Shown here: piece by piece, positions 9,187 to 18,323 of the stretch
How the letters are laid out: each line of letters opens with the position of its first letter
Position numbering within the stretch: position 1 is the stretch's first letter
Assembly: GCA_046596395.1 (NCBI GenBank)
Contig: JBKJMP010000268.1
Location: 1-31,861 of the forward strand
Direction of reading: 5' to 3'
DNA length: 31,861 bases
Source: Gemmatimonadaceae bacterium
GTDB lineage: Bacteria; Gemmatimonadota; Gemmatimonadetes; Gemmatimonadales; Gemmatimonadaceae
Position numbers and translations under genes: made by a program
The notes under the pieces: model-generated
Databases searched by the model: none
Told to the model about the DNA's origin: nothing
What the model saw: only the letters and a program-made list of their open reading frames with translations

Positions 9187-9563
9187 GACGCGCCCTCGGC
9201 ATCAGCCGCATCCGTCAGCTGCTTCGCGAGCCGCTGCAACTCCTCGGCAGTGAGGTCGTGATCGTCCACGAGTTGCGCGAGCAGCGCTTCCGGGGAACCG
9301 AGGAAGAGGGTGTCGATGAGGCGACGCACGGCGCGGCGTTGTGCGGCGCGCTGCTTCACCTTCGGGAAGTAGCGATGCGCGCGCCCTTCCTCGGCGCGTC
9401 GCACGAATCCCTTCGCCTCGAGATTGCGAAGGATGGTGAGCACCGTCGTGTACGCGAGCGGCGTCCCGAGCGTCGCCTGAACTTCGGTGACGGTCCCCGA
9501 GCCCTGCTGCCAGAGCACGGTCATGATGTCGAGCTCGCGCTCGCCGAGTGATGCAGTATCCAC
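9183..9563 (-). CDS. BlaI/MecI/CopY-family repressor
   Basis: LGERELDIMTVLW, LAYTTVLTILRNLEAKGFVRR, GRAHRY. GTG start with GGAG RBS; 4-bp overlap with the M56 gene. Confidence 0.93.
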   Translation of the reverse strand: MDTASLGERELDIMTVLWQQGSGTVTEVQATLGTPLAYTTVLTILRNLEAKGFVRRAEEGRAHRYFPKVKQRAAQRRAVRRLIDTLFLGSPEALLAQLVDDHDLTAEELQRLAKQLTDAADAEGAS

Positions 9564-9575
9564 GCGTCCACTCCG

Positions 9576-9639
9576 AAGTACTAAGTGGATAGTAGGCTAG
9601 CACCGACTCGCGGTGCTGTCAACTATCCACATAGTACTT
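9576..9639 (-). promoter_or_regulatory. Sigma70 promoter of the blaI-like operon flanked by two inverted operator boxes
   Basis: On the minus strand TTGACA (9622-9617) is 17 nt from TAGCCT (9599-9594). Boxes TACTA-N6-TAGTA (9579-9594) and AACTA-N6-TAGTA (9621-9636) form an 18-bp inverted repeat with 1 mismatch. Confidence 0.75.
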
Positions 9640-9673
9640 GGCGACCTGTTCGAGGGCGCACGGGGAGGGACAT

Positions 9674-10039
9674 CTACACCCGCATCGCCACCCCGAGTTC
9701 CCCAGCGATCTTCTTCAGCCGGCGATCCATCGTCCACAGCGTCGCCAGTGGCGTAATCGCGGAAGCGGCCAGCAGGTGCACATCGATGTATCCAACCCCG
9801 CGCCCCATCAGCCGACGCTCGTCGATGAGTGCCATCGCCTCCTCGTGCGAGGCCTCCTGCGCGAGTGGGAGATCGGACAACAGCTCGAGTACCGCACGGC
9901 GCTTCGCAATGTTGCCGCACGCCAGCTCTCCCAGCACCATGGAGTGCACGAGCACGTCGCCCTCATCCAGCGCCACCTCGAGGCCCGTTCGGCCAGTGCG
10001 TAAGTGCTCGATCCAAACCGACGTATCGACGAGGATCAC
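9674..10039 (-). CDS. vapC: VapC-family PIN-domain toxin
   Basis: MILVDTSVWIEHL, VLGELACG, GIG-like GVGYIDVHLLAS and LWTMDRRL. Confidence 0.92.
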   Translation of the reverse strand: MILVDTSVWIEHLRTGRTGLEVALDEGDVLVHSMVLGELACGNIAKRRAVLELLSDLPLAQEASHEEAMALIDERRLMGRGVGYIDVHLLAASAITPLATLWTMDRRLKKIAGELGVAMRV

Positions 10040-10233
10040 GGCTCGGCGACACGACGCCTGGGAACGTCCACCAGCTTCGGCTCGCTGCCGGCAAGACGGG
10101 CAAGCCGACGCGCACTCTCCCGTGCGATCAGGGCACGCAGCCCCTCGTGAAGGAGCGCGGTCCGCTCTGTGATCCCCGTGAGTTTCCCCGCTCTTGCCAG
10201 CAGCGCATCATCGAGGTTCAACGTCGTCCGCAT
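10036..10233 (-). CDS. vapB: VapB-family antitoxin (DUF2191 type)
   Basis: MRTTLNLDDALLARA..LTGITERTALLHEGLRALIARESARRLA; 4-bp overlap with the toxin gene. Confidence 0.92.
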   Translation of the reverse strand: MRTTLNLDDALLARAGKLTGITERTALLHEGLRALIARESARRLARLAGSEPKLVDVPRRRVAEP

Positions 10234-10249
10234 TGCTTGCCACTCTCAT

Positions 10250-10275
10250 GTTGAGGCATAAAAACATGCATCAAC
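10250..10275. promoter_or_regulatory. Inverted repeat upstream of vapB, probable TA autorepression operator
   Basis: GTTGAGGCAT-N6-ATGCATCAAC, 10-bp arms with 1 mismatch. Confidence 0.55.
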
Positions 10276-10332
10276 TGATGCCTCGAGACAAGGGCCCCTT
10301 CCTCGACCTCGAATCGCTCGGCGCGCCCGGGT

Positions 10333-10806
10333 TCACGGCTTGGCGGTGCGAACCGCCGTCATCGTCAGCTCGATCCGGGCGCCCCGCGCCAGTTCCCTCA
10401 CGGCCACGGTCGAGCGCGTCGGGAGCGGTTGGACCGTGAAGTACTCCCGGTAGACCTCGTTGAACCGCGCGAAGTCCGACATGTCCGCGAGGTACGCCGT
10501 CACGGCAACCACGTTCGTCAGGTCCATCTCGGCGCTCGTGAGCACCGTCTGGAGATTGGCCATCACCTGGCGGAACTCTGCTTCGAACCCGCCCGACACG
10601 AGTTGCCCGGTGACGGGATTGCCGCCGGTGGCTCCAGACATGTACAGCGTGTTCCCGACGAGGATCGCCGGCGACAGCGGTGACGGCGTCGGCTTGTAGT
10701 CAGGCGGCTGAATCACCCGCTTCGCGGGCAGCGCCTGTGCGTGCATCGATCCGCCGACTGCGCCGAGGAGTGAGACCACGACCACGAGCGACCGAGTGAT
10801 GTTCAT
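10333..10806 (-). CDS. Rid (YjgF/YER057c/UK114) family protein with N-terminal signal peptide
   Basis: SPAILVGNTLYMSG, LADMSDFARFNEVYREYF, PTRSTVAV (conserved Arg) and LARGARIELT. ATG at 10806 overlaps the upstream stop (ATGA); an alternative ATG is at 10812. Confidence 0.88.
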   Translation of the reverse strand: MNITRSLVVVVSLLGAVGGSMHAQALPAKRVIQPPDYKPTPSPLSPAILVGNTLYMSGATGGNPVTGQLVSGGFEAEFRQVMANLQTVLTSAEMDLTNVVAVTAYLADMSDFARFNEVYREYFTVQPLPTRSTVAVRELARGARIELTMTAVRTAKP

Positions 10807-11969
10807 TTGCATTTGCCAACTGGCCCGGAGGCGAGGTAAAGGACGTTTGGCGCTTCGGAGCGAGCGACGGCGATGTCGGGACGACCGTCCTTGTCAAAGT
10901 CCCCCACGGCGATACCGTATGCCGTGCCCTTCGAATCGCCGAAGGAGACCGGAGTGAATGTCATGCCGGTGCCGTCGTTGAAATAGACGGTGGACAGCGC
11001 CGTGACATTGCCAACAATGAAGTCCGCCGTCCCGTCGCAGTTCAAGTCACCGACGGTCAACGCATACGGGACGATCGCCATGTCGCCAATGGGAACGGGT
11101 GGCACAAAGGTCCCGTCGCCGCGGCCAAAATGGATCGCGATGCCGGTCGCCTCGTCAATCGCCACGACGTCGAGCTTGCCGTCATTGTTGAAGTCCGCCG
11201 CCTCGGCGACCCGGAACTGCGCGTTGGCCGGACCAAACGGCATGCTGGTCATGTGCGCGAGGTCGCCGTGTTTCGTGCCGAGGTACAGTCGGCTCTGGCC
11301 ACCGTTTCGGTGCGGCACGAGCAGGTCGACGATACCGTCGCCATCGACGTCGGCCGCCGCAATCGTCGTGGCCGGTTCCGGCGAGAAACCGATGCAGTCG
11401 GCACCGAACTGTCCGTTGCCCTGGTTCAGGCAGATGTAGTTGAAGCCCGGCGTCCGACCGTGGCGGTTGGCCGCGATGATGTCCGGCCGCCCGTCGCCGT
11501 TCATGTCGGCCACGGTGGCGTTCCGCATGGGCCACTCAGGCCTGCCGTAGGTGGACCCGACGGTGAAGTGGCCCTTTCCATCATTCAGGTACACGAGTTT
11601 TGGACTCGGCGCGTCATTGCTGATGACGACATCGAGGTCGCCGTCGCCATCGAGATCCACGAGGCGCCCTGAATACGACTTGTCGGACGCGGTACCCAGG
11701 TCGTACGTCTCGCGCACGCCGCCCTTGCCGTCGCCCACGAGCACGCGGTCGACGAGGGGCCAGTGGCGGCCCTTGGCGAGCACGAAGTCGAGGTTGCCGT
11801 CACCGTTCACGTCGCCGAAACTCACGTTGGCCGACGTTTCGGACGTCGTCTCCAGGAGCAGGACCCGGTCATACCGTGGGTATTCGACGATCGCTGCGGC
11901 GTCCATGGCGGCGCTGCCCATGAGGACGGCCCCGGCCATTCCGACTTGCCGCGCAGTACGCACGATCAT
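10803..11969 (-). CDS. FG-GAP/VCBS repeat protein (seven-bladed propeller), probably exported
   Basis: Seven DxxxDGxxD motifs (DVNGDGNLD, DLDGDGDLD, DMNGDGRPD, DVDGDGIVD, DFNNDGKLD, DLNCDGTAD, DFDKDGRPD). The start is uncertain; 11969 avoids overlap with the upstream gene. Confidence 0.85.
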   Translation of the reverse strand: MIVRTARQVGMAGAVLMGSAAMDAAAIVEYPRYDRVLLLETTSETSANVSFGDVNGDGNLDFVLAKGRHWPLVDRVLVGDGKGGVRETYDLGTASDKSYSGRLVDLDGDGDLDVVISNDAPSPKLVYLNDGKGHFTVGSTYGRPEWPMRNATVADMNGDGRPDIIAANRHGRTPGFNYICLNQGNGQFGADCIGFSPEPATTIAAADVDGDGIVDLLVPHRNGGQSRLYLGTKHGDLAHMTSMPFGPANAQFRVAEAADFNNDGKLDVVAIDEATGIAIHFGRGDGTFVPPVPIGDMAIVPYALTVGDLNCDGTADFIVGNVTALSTVYFNDGTGMTFTPVSFGDSKGTAYGIAVGDFDKDGRPDIAVARSEAPNVLYLASGPVGKCK

Positions 11970-12000
11970 GCGTTCGCTCCGGGCCAATCGACTTGATGGG

Positions 12001-12966
12001 TCATCGCCGATACTTGCGCCTCGGTATGACGATCGGCTCAAACCACCTGGGAGTGATTACACGGCTCTTCGGGGAGGCCGCGGCGACTTCGCGCACGAAG
12101 CGCTCGTTGCCCTCCACCGCAGCCGGCAGCGGCTTTGGATTGCCGTAACTGTCCGCGTGCGTGGGAATGACAATCGCGGGGTTGCCAAGTGCGCGCATCA
12201 GGCGCCCAGTGAAGTCGTGGATCTCGCGGCGTTGGTCGTTTGCCCCCACCAGGGCGATGTCAGGGCGGAGGCCGGTCATTTCCCGCTCGATGTAGTTCAT
12301 CGACCCCATGATCAGCACCTCGTGCCCCGCCATGCGCAGGAGATAGGCGAGGTTTCCGCCTTCGACGAAGTCGTTGATGTGCAGCGGAGCGCGCAATCCA
12401 CGGGGCGCGGCGCCAGTGATGCCGCGCGTATTGTTGTAATAGTGCTTCTGGTCGAGCGCGCTGTGAATGTTCGGAATCACCTTCAGGGAAAAGGCGCCGA
12501 ACTCGTAGTCCTCTCCGCCGATGACCGTGATGAGGTTCTTGTCGGTCACGCCGTATGCGCGTGCCAGGTTCGCCGCAGTTTCGTGGCCGATGATCGTCGC
12601 CCCCGTGCGCTGGGAGATGTATCCGGCGTCGAGCGCATGGTCGCTGTGGCCGTGCGTGATGATGATGTAATCCGCACGCTTGACGTGCTGGTTGATCAGC
12701 GCCGTGTCCGGCGCGATGATCGGATTCGTCGCGCGGTCGGGTTGCGGGCGGCGCGGATCCCATCGCGCAAATTGCGAGAGGAAGGGATCGACGAGCACGG
12801 TGGTCAGCCCGTCGGTGATCTCCCACCCGGCGTTTCCGAGATAGGTCAGCCGGAGTTCGCCGGTGGCGGAGGTGCGTTTCACCGGGACGGGGGTCGTGTC
12901 CTGCGCGATGGCAGTCGTAGCGGTGACGAGTACGAGGAGCAGCGCGCGCGAGAATCGTCGAGTCAT
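12001..12966 (-). CDS. Exported MBL-fold metallo-hydrolase
   Basis: Signal peptide ending AIA-Q. LTYLGNAGW, VLVDPF, metal motif THGHSDH, later H and IPTH. Confidence 0.9.
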   Translation of the reverse strand: MTRRFSRALLLVLVTATTAIAQDTTPVPVKRTSATGELRLTYLGNAGWEITDGLTTVLVDPFLSQFARWDPRRPQPDRATNPIIAPDTALINQHVKRADYIIITHGHSDHALDAGYISQRTGATIIGHETAANLARAYGVTDKNLITVIGGEDYEFGAFSLKVIPNIHSALDQKHYYNNTRGITGAAPRGLRAPLHINDFVEGGNLAYLLRMAGHEVLIMGSMNYIEREMTGLRPDIALVGANDQRREIHDFTGRLMRALGNPAIVIPTHADSYGNPKPLPAAVEGNERFVREVAAASPKSRVITPRWFEPIVIPRRKYRR

Positions 12967-13167
12967 CCGGTCAGTGGCAATGGGTTGGGCTGGTGCGCGA
13001 GGAGGGCCACGGCAGTCATCGGAACGCTCGGCGGTGGTGGCCAGTACGTCAAGCGCGCCGGCTCACCATCGGCGGCGTCGATGCCACCATCGCAACTGGC
13101 CCGCGCCTCAACGCGGCTGCAGCTTTCGCGGATGCCACACTCCACTGTTGCCAGGGATCGAACTGCC

Positions 13168-14766
13168 ATGCGCACACCACCACGGTCCGCACCACGTATC
13201 CGACCACGGATGCCGCACATCGGATTCGTCGTTGCCATGGCGTGGTTGGCGGTCAGTGCCGAAAGCGCCTCCGCTCAGGGCGCCCAGGGCGCGCCCGCAG
13301 TGGACCGCGTGATGGTCGCGAAGATCCGCGAGGAAGGGCTACAGCGCTCGCGCGTGATGGAGTTCGAGGGCTACATCGCCGACGTGCTCGGTGCGCGCCT
13401 GACGAATTCGCAGGACATGCAGCGCGCGCAGCGCTGGGTGATGGGCGAGATGACGCGCATGGGTCTCGTGAACGTGGCCGCCGAGCCGTACATGGATTAC
13501 GGCGTGACGTGGGACAACGAGTACGTCTCGCTCCACATGCTCGAGCCGGACTACCAGCCGATGGTCGGCTACCCGATCGCGCACACGCCGGGCACCAACG
13601 GCAGGCAGGTAGCCGACGCGGTGATCGTGGACCTAGCATCGCGTGACGACCTCGCGAAATACCGCGGCACGCTCAAGGGAAAGGCCGTGCTCGCGACGCC
13701 GCCGCCCGTGATGGACCTCGCGGCGCTCACGAACGGCGTGCCGCGCCTGACGCAGTTGGATCTCGACCGGCTCGAGCGCGTGGTGATCGTCCCGGCGCGC
13801 CCCGCACCGCCGCGCGCAGTGCGCAATCCCAACGTTCTCTCGGCTGCCGAGAAGATGGCCTTCTACAAGTCGGAGGGCGTGGCGGTGGTGCTGCAGAGCG
13901 AGAGCGGGTGGCTTGGCGCCGTGCGCGGGTTCTCGCGCCCCGGTTCGCGCGAGGATGGGTGGTCGCGGGCTGGCAACCTCGCCGCGCCGGCGATCGTGGC
14001 CGTGACGCCGGAGCACTACAACCGGATGTACCGTATCGTGCAGCGCGGAATTCCGGTGCGGGTGGAGGTCGAGGTTCGCAACCGGATCGGCGAGGCGGTC
14101 GAGAAGGCGTCGAACCTCGTCGCCGAGATGCGCGGCACCGATCTCGCCGACGAAGTCGTGATGCTCGGCGCTCACCTCGACACGTGGCACGCCAGCCCGA
14201 ACGCGAGCGACAACACGTCGGGCGTTTCGGTGGCGATGGAGGCGATGCGCATCCTCAAGGCCGTGGGCGCGAAGCCGCGGCGCACGATCCGCATCGCGCT
14301 CTGGAGCGGCGAGGAGCAGGGGCTGATCGGCTCACGTGCCTACGTGCGCGAGCACTTCGGCAATCCGAACGATCCGGCGGTCGGCGTGAAGCCAGCGTAC
14401 GAGAAGTTCTCGGTCTACTTCAACCAGGACTATGGGGCGGGGCAGTATCGCGGCATCTACCTCCAGGGCAATGAATTCGCGCGCGCGCAGCTCACCGCGT
14501 GGATGGAACCGTTCCGCGACCTCGGCATGACGACCGTGTCGAATCAGAGTGTCGGGAGCACGGACCACGTTCCGTTCGACGACGTTGGGCTCCCGGGCCT
14601 CCAGTTCCTCCAGGACAGGATCCCGGGCACCGGCGGCCACACGAACATGGACTTCCTCGATTCCATCCAGCCGCAGGACCTGGTGAAGAACGCCACGATC
14701 ATGGCGTCGTACGTGTACCACGCCGCGATGGCCGACCGGCGGGTGGCGCGAAAAGGTGGGAAATAG
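13168..14766 (+). CDS. Exported M28/M20-clan metallopeptidase (carboxypeptidase Q-like, PA-type insert)
   Basis: GARLTNS, LGAHLDTWH, ASDNTSG, WSGEEQGLIGS, NQD, TDHVPF and GHTNMD. Start is 13168 or 13210; the listed 1071-aa ORF is an artefactual 5' extension. Confidence 0.88.
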   Translation: MRTPPRSAPRIRPRMPHIGFVVAMAWLAVSAESASAQGAQGAPAVDRVMVAKIREEGLQRSRVMEFEGYIADVLGARLTNSQDMQRAQRWVMGEMTRMGLVNVAAEPYMDYGVTWDNEYVSLHMLEPDYQPMVGYPIAHTPGTNGRQVADAVIVDLASRDDLAKYRGTLKGKAVLATPPPVMDLAALTNGVPRLTQLDLDRLERVVIVPARPAPPRAVRNPNVLSAAEKMAFYKSEGVAVVLQSESGWLGAVRGFSRPGSREDGWSRAGNLAAPAIVAVTPEHYNRMYRIVQRGIPVRVEVEVRNRIGEAVEKASNLVAEMRGTDLADEVVMLGAHLDTWHASPNASDNTSGVSVAMEAMRILKAVGAKPRRTIRIALWSGEEQGLIGSRAYVREHFGNPNDPAVGVKPAYEKFSVYFNQDYGAGQYRGIYLQGNEFARAQLTAWMEPFRDLGMTTVSNQSVGSTDHVPFDDVGLPGLQFLQDRIPGTGGHTNMDFLDSIQPQDLVKNATIMASYVYHAAMADRRVARKGGK

Positions 14767-14862
14767 GGTGGAGAGGAGCTGTCGCTGACGACACAGCGGC
14801 ACCGCGTGTGGAGGGATATTTCCATCTGGCGCCGGGTGGCGTCGAGTGCAATGCTTGTCGGC

Positions 14863-15210
14863 ATGCGGCGCATACTCCTCGGCCTGCTGCTCCTTGTTGG
14901 TTCGGCTGCTTGTGACGCGTACGAGCTGGCGCCGCTCCCGCTCGACATCACCGTGACCACCAATACGCCGACGGCGGCGATCGGCGATTCCGTCAGCTTC
15001 GTTGTGGTCGTTCAAGGTGGATCCCTCATCGGCGTCGAAGCGGACTATGGCGATGGCAGCGGTGACGTGTTCGGCACCAGCGGCGCACGAACGGCCACGA
15101 TCACGTTCAAGCACGCGTACGCGGCGCGCGGGTCATACTCGGTCGGTTTCACGGTCACCGACGCGACGGCGGGACAGAAGACGGGCAAGGTTGTCGTGAC
15201 CGTTGCCTGA
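14863..15210 (+). CDS. PKD-domain lipoprotein
   Basis: Lipobox GSAAC. DYGDG...HAYAARGSYSVGFTVTD matches the PKD consensus. Confidence 0.78.
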   Translation: MRRILLGLLLLVGSAACDAYELAPLPLDITVTTNTPTAAIGDSVSFVVVVQGGSLIGVEADYGDGSGDVFGTSGARTATITFKHAYAARGSYSVGFTVTDATAGQKTGKVVVTVA

Positions 15211-15313
15211 GCACATATTGGCGACCGGCGGCCCGCAGTGACCCGTACGTCCCCCACCGGGTGTGCCAGAACAAGCAGAAAACCTGATCTCCTTCCCGCA
15301 CCAGGAGTCGGCT

Positions 15314-18300
15314 ATGACGGCATTCCCGTGTCGTTGCTTCCCAACGCCCGCGCGACCATGGACTTGTCTGGCCCTGGCGCTTCTCGCCAGCGCAGGCGAC
15401 CTCGCCGCCCAGACACCCACGGCGACGATCGGTGGGCGCGTCACCGGTGAGAACGGTCAGCCGATCGCCGGCGCGCAGGTCCGTCTCGTCGGCACCGGCC
15501 TGGGAACGCTGACCGCAGACAACGGCCGCTACACCATCGTCAACGTGCCCGTGGCGCAATACCGGATACGAGCGCAGATGCTCGGCCATCGCCCAGTGGA
15601 GCGTCCATTGACGCTCGGTGCTGGCCAGACGGCGACGGAGGACTTCGCGCTCAGGAAGCAGGTGCTCGAGCTCGACGCCCTCGTCGTCACCGGAACGGCC
15701 GGTGCGGCGCGCCAGCGCGAAGTGGGGAATGCGGTGTCGCAGATCGACATGTCGAAGGTACAGGAGCCGCCGCAGAACATTGGACAGCTGCTGCAGGGGC
15801 GCGCGCCGGGCATGACCGTGATGTCCAGCTCCGCCGGCGCCGGCAGCGGCTCCATGATCCGTCTTCGCGGCAATGTCAGCGTCGCCATGAGCAACCAGCC
15901 GCTCATCTACGTGGACGGCGTGCGGCTGCGCAGCGACGGCTACCAGCGCAACGTGCCGCCCACCGGGTCCGATCTGCGGAGCGGCAATGACATCGCGAGC
16001 CCCCTGAACGACATCAACCCGAACGACATTGAGCGAATCGAAATCATCAAGGGCGCGGCTGCGGCAACGCTGTACGGCACGGAAGCGGCTGCCGGCGTGA
16101 TTCAGATCTTCACCAAGACCGGACGCGCGGGCAAGCCGCAGTGGTCCATGCAGGTGGATGGCGGCTTCGCGCGCGCGCTTCCGTTCGGACCCGAGCCGAC
16201 CACGGCGCCCGCGGGAGACTCCATTCCGAAGCTGTACCGCGACAGCTTTCCCGACCGGTTCGCCGGCCTGCCCGATCGCGGCGTGTCGCGCGCGGGCGGG
16301 ACGTCGGCATACCTCTTCATCGACCCGTGGCTACGCAAGGGTGTGCAACGTCGCATCTCACTCTCCGTGGGTGGCGGCGGCGAGGCACTGCGCTACTTCG
16401 TGTCGGGCACGGGCAGCAATGAAGACGGCGTGCTGCCGAACGACAACGAGAAGCGGAAAGTGATTCGCGGAAACTTCTCGTTCTCACCACTCGCAAACCT
16501 GATCTTCAACTGGAATACCTCGTACACGAAGGACCTCATCTCGAACACGGCCGCCGGCAACAACGCGCATGGTCTCACACTGAATGCGTTCCGGCGCGAT
16601 CGCAACTACGCGTCGAACGACCGGCCCGAAGTCGTCGGATTGCTGCTCAACCAGCAGCTCACGAGCGACATCGACCACCTCATCACGGGCGGCACGATCA
16701 ACTGGAGTCCGACGGCGAACATCACGAATCGCTTCACGGTGGGCTACGATCTCGCGCAGATCGCGAACCGCAATCTGCGACCGTTCGGCTTCGTGTCGGC
16801 GCCGGGTGGGATCATCTCCAACCGCGAGAACTCGTACCAGAATCTCACCTTCGACTATGCCGGCAGCTACGCGCGGCAACTCGCGAGCAGCCTCAAGTCC
16901 ACGTGGTCGTGGGGCGGGCAGGCCGTCACGACGGAGAACCGTGAGACGTCGGCGTACGGGCAGGATTTCCCCGGGCCGGGCAATCCCACCGTGACCAGTG
17001 CCGGCACCACGCTCGGCTTCGAAGAGCGCTCGCGCATCGTCAACGCGGGTCTCTTTGGCCAGGCGATCTTCGATGCCAAGGACAAGTACTTCCTCACGCT
17101 TGGCGCGCGCGTCGATGGCAACAGCGCGTTCGGCTCGAAGTTCGGGTTGCAAACGTATCCGAAAGCGAGCGTGTCGTGGGTCGCGTCGGAAGAGAGCTTT
17201 TGGCCGTCGTGGAATCCCGAGATGAAGTTCCGCGCCGCGCTTGGTCAGTCGGGTCGCGCGCCCGGCGCATTCGACGCGATTCGCACGTGGGAAAATCCGC
17301 CGAGTGGATGGGGCGGACTGCCGGCGTTCTTCCCGCGCAGCGTCGGGAATCCGGAGTTGGGTCCGGAGCGCACCACGGAGCTGGAACTGGGCTTCGACGG
17401 CGCGCTGTTCGGTGACCGCATGAGCACGTCCGTCACGTGGTACAATCGCAACATCGACAGGGCGCTCTTCAACACCCGCCAGATTCCGTCGCTCGGGTTC
17501 CTCAACTCGCAACTGCAGAACGTCGGAGCCATGTCGAGCAAGGGACTGGAAGCGTCGCTGACCACCGTCGTGCTGCGCCGGCGACGCTTCGAGTGGTCCG
17601 TCGGCGGCTCGATCTACACCAACGACACGAAGGTCGACACGCTCGGCGACGCGGCGGACTTTTCGATCGGCAACTTCGGCTGGATCATGAAGGGACAAGC
17701 GATCCCGATGATCCGCACCGACTTCTGCCTCGCGAATCCGAGCGAAAAGGCGGCACCGATCGTCATCTCGCCGACGAAAGCCAACCCGAACGCGTGCAAC
17801 TACGGTCCAAACCTTCCGCCGCACACGTACGGCGTGAACACGGAGCTCAAGCTCCCGTACGACATCCGCTTCAACGCGCGTGGGGAGTACATGGGCGGCC
17901 ACTACATGTACGATGGCGCGGCATGGAATGCCGTGACTCGCTCGGTACGGTGGCCGGGATGCTACAGCTTCTACGCGCTTCAGGAGACGGGCCGCATCGC
18001 GGAAGCCACCGCGTTGCAGACGTCGCGGTGCACGGTGTCGCTCGCGAAGTCGGATTACTTCGTCTATCCGGCGAACTTCTTCAAGCTTCGCAACCTTTCC
18101 GTCGCCGTTCCCATCGCGACGCGCTACCTCGCGGGCGCCACCTCGGCGTACCTCACGCTCTCGGGAAACAATATCTACAAGTGGGTGAACAAGGACTTCC
18201 CAGTGTTTGATCCGGAAACGGGCAACAACGGTGGTTTCGATGCGCAGGTGCGCTCCATTCTCGAGCACGTGCCGCCGCCGGCAACGTACATGGCGTCGCT

Positions 18301-18316
18301 ACGCGTGACCTTCTGA
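15314..18316 (+). CDS. SusC/RagA-family TonB-linked outer-membrane transporter
   Basis: AGGAG RBS at 15303-15307. N-terminal carboxypeptidase-regulatory-like domain (IGGRVTGENGQPI), VVTGT, plug (PLIYVDGV; DINPNDIERIEIIKGAAAATLYG) and terminal LRVTF. Confidence 0.93.
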   Translation: MTAFPCRCFPTPARPWTCLALALLASAGDLAAQTPTATIGGRVTGENGQPIAGAQVRLVGTGLGTLTADNGRYTIVNVPVAQYRIRAQMLGHRPVERPLTLGAGQTATEDFALRKQVLELDALVVTGTAGAARQREVGNAVSQIDMSKVQEPPQNIGQLLQGRAPGMTVMSSSAGAGSGSMIRLRGNVSVAMSNQPLIYVDGVRLRSDGYQRNVPPTGSDLRSGNDIASPLNDINPNDIERIEIIKGAAAATLYGTEAAAGVIQIFTKTGRAGKPQWSMQVDGGFARALPFGPEPTTAPAGDSIPKLYRDSFPDRFAGLPDRGVSRAGGTSAYLFIDPWLRKGVQRRISLSVGGGGEALRYFVSGTGSNEDGVLPNDNEKRKVIRGNFSFSPLANLIFNWNTSYTKDLISNTAAGNNAHGLTLNAFRRDRNYASNDRPEVVGLLLNQQLTSDIDHLITGGTINWSPTANITNRFTVGYDLAQIANRNLRPFGFVSAPGGIISNRENSYQNLTFDYAGSYARQLASSLKSTWSWGGQAVTTENRETSAYGQDFPGPGNPTVTSAGTTLGFEERSRIVNAGLFGQAIFDAKDKYFLTLGARVDGNSAFGSKFGLQTYPKASVSWVASEESFWPSWNPEMKFRAALGQSGRAPGAFDAIRTWENPPSGWGGLPAFFPRSVGNPELGPERTTELELGFDGALFGDRMSTSVTWYNRNIDRALFNTRQIPSLGFLNSQLQNVGAMSSKGLEASLTTVVLRRRRFEWSVGGSIYTNDTKVDTLGDAADFSIGNFGWIMKGQAIPMIRTDFCLANPSEKAAPIVISPTKANPNACNYGPNLPPHTYGVNTELKLPYDIRFNARGEYMGGHYMYDGAAWNAVTRSVRWPGCYSFYALQETGRIAEATALQTSRCTVSLAKSDYFVYPANFFKLRNLSVAVPIATRYLAGATSAYLTLSGNNIYKWVNKDFPVFDPETGNNGGFDAQVRSILEHVPPPATYMASLRVTF

Positions 18317-18323
18317 GGATCCC

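Noticed and set aside
9576-9639. Long hairpin that could be read as a riboswitch, sRNA or terminator
   Set aside because: It is better explained as two inverted BlaI-type operators around a -35/-10 promoter; there is no U-tract.
11551-13167. N-terminal half of the listed 1071-aa ORF
   Set aside because: It is antisense to the FG-GAP and MBL genes, a high-GC shadow frame. The peptidase signal peptide begins at about 13168-13210.
16484-18268. 594-aa minus-strand ORF, and similar long Arg/Ala-rich ORFs (5248-6429, 27713-28624, 30136-30945)
   Set aside because: These are antisense shadows of well-supported genes with no recognisable motifs.
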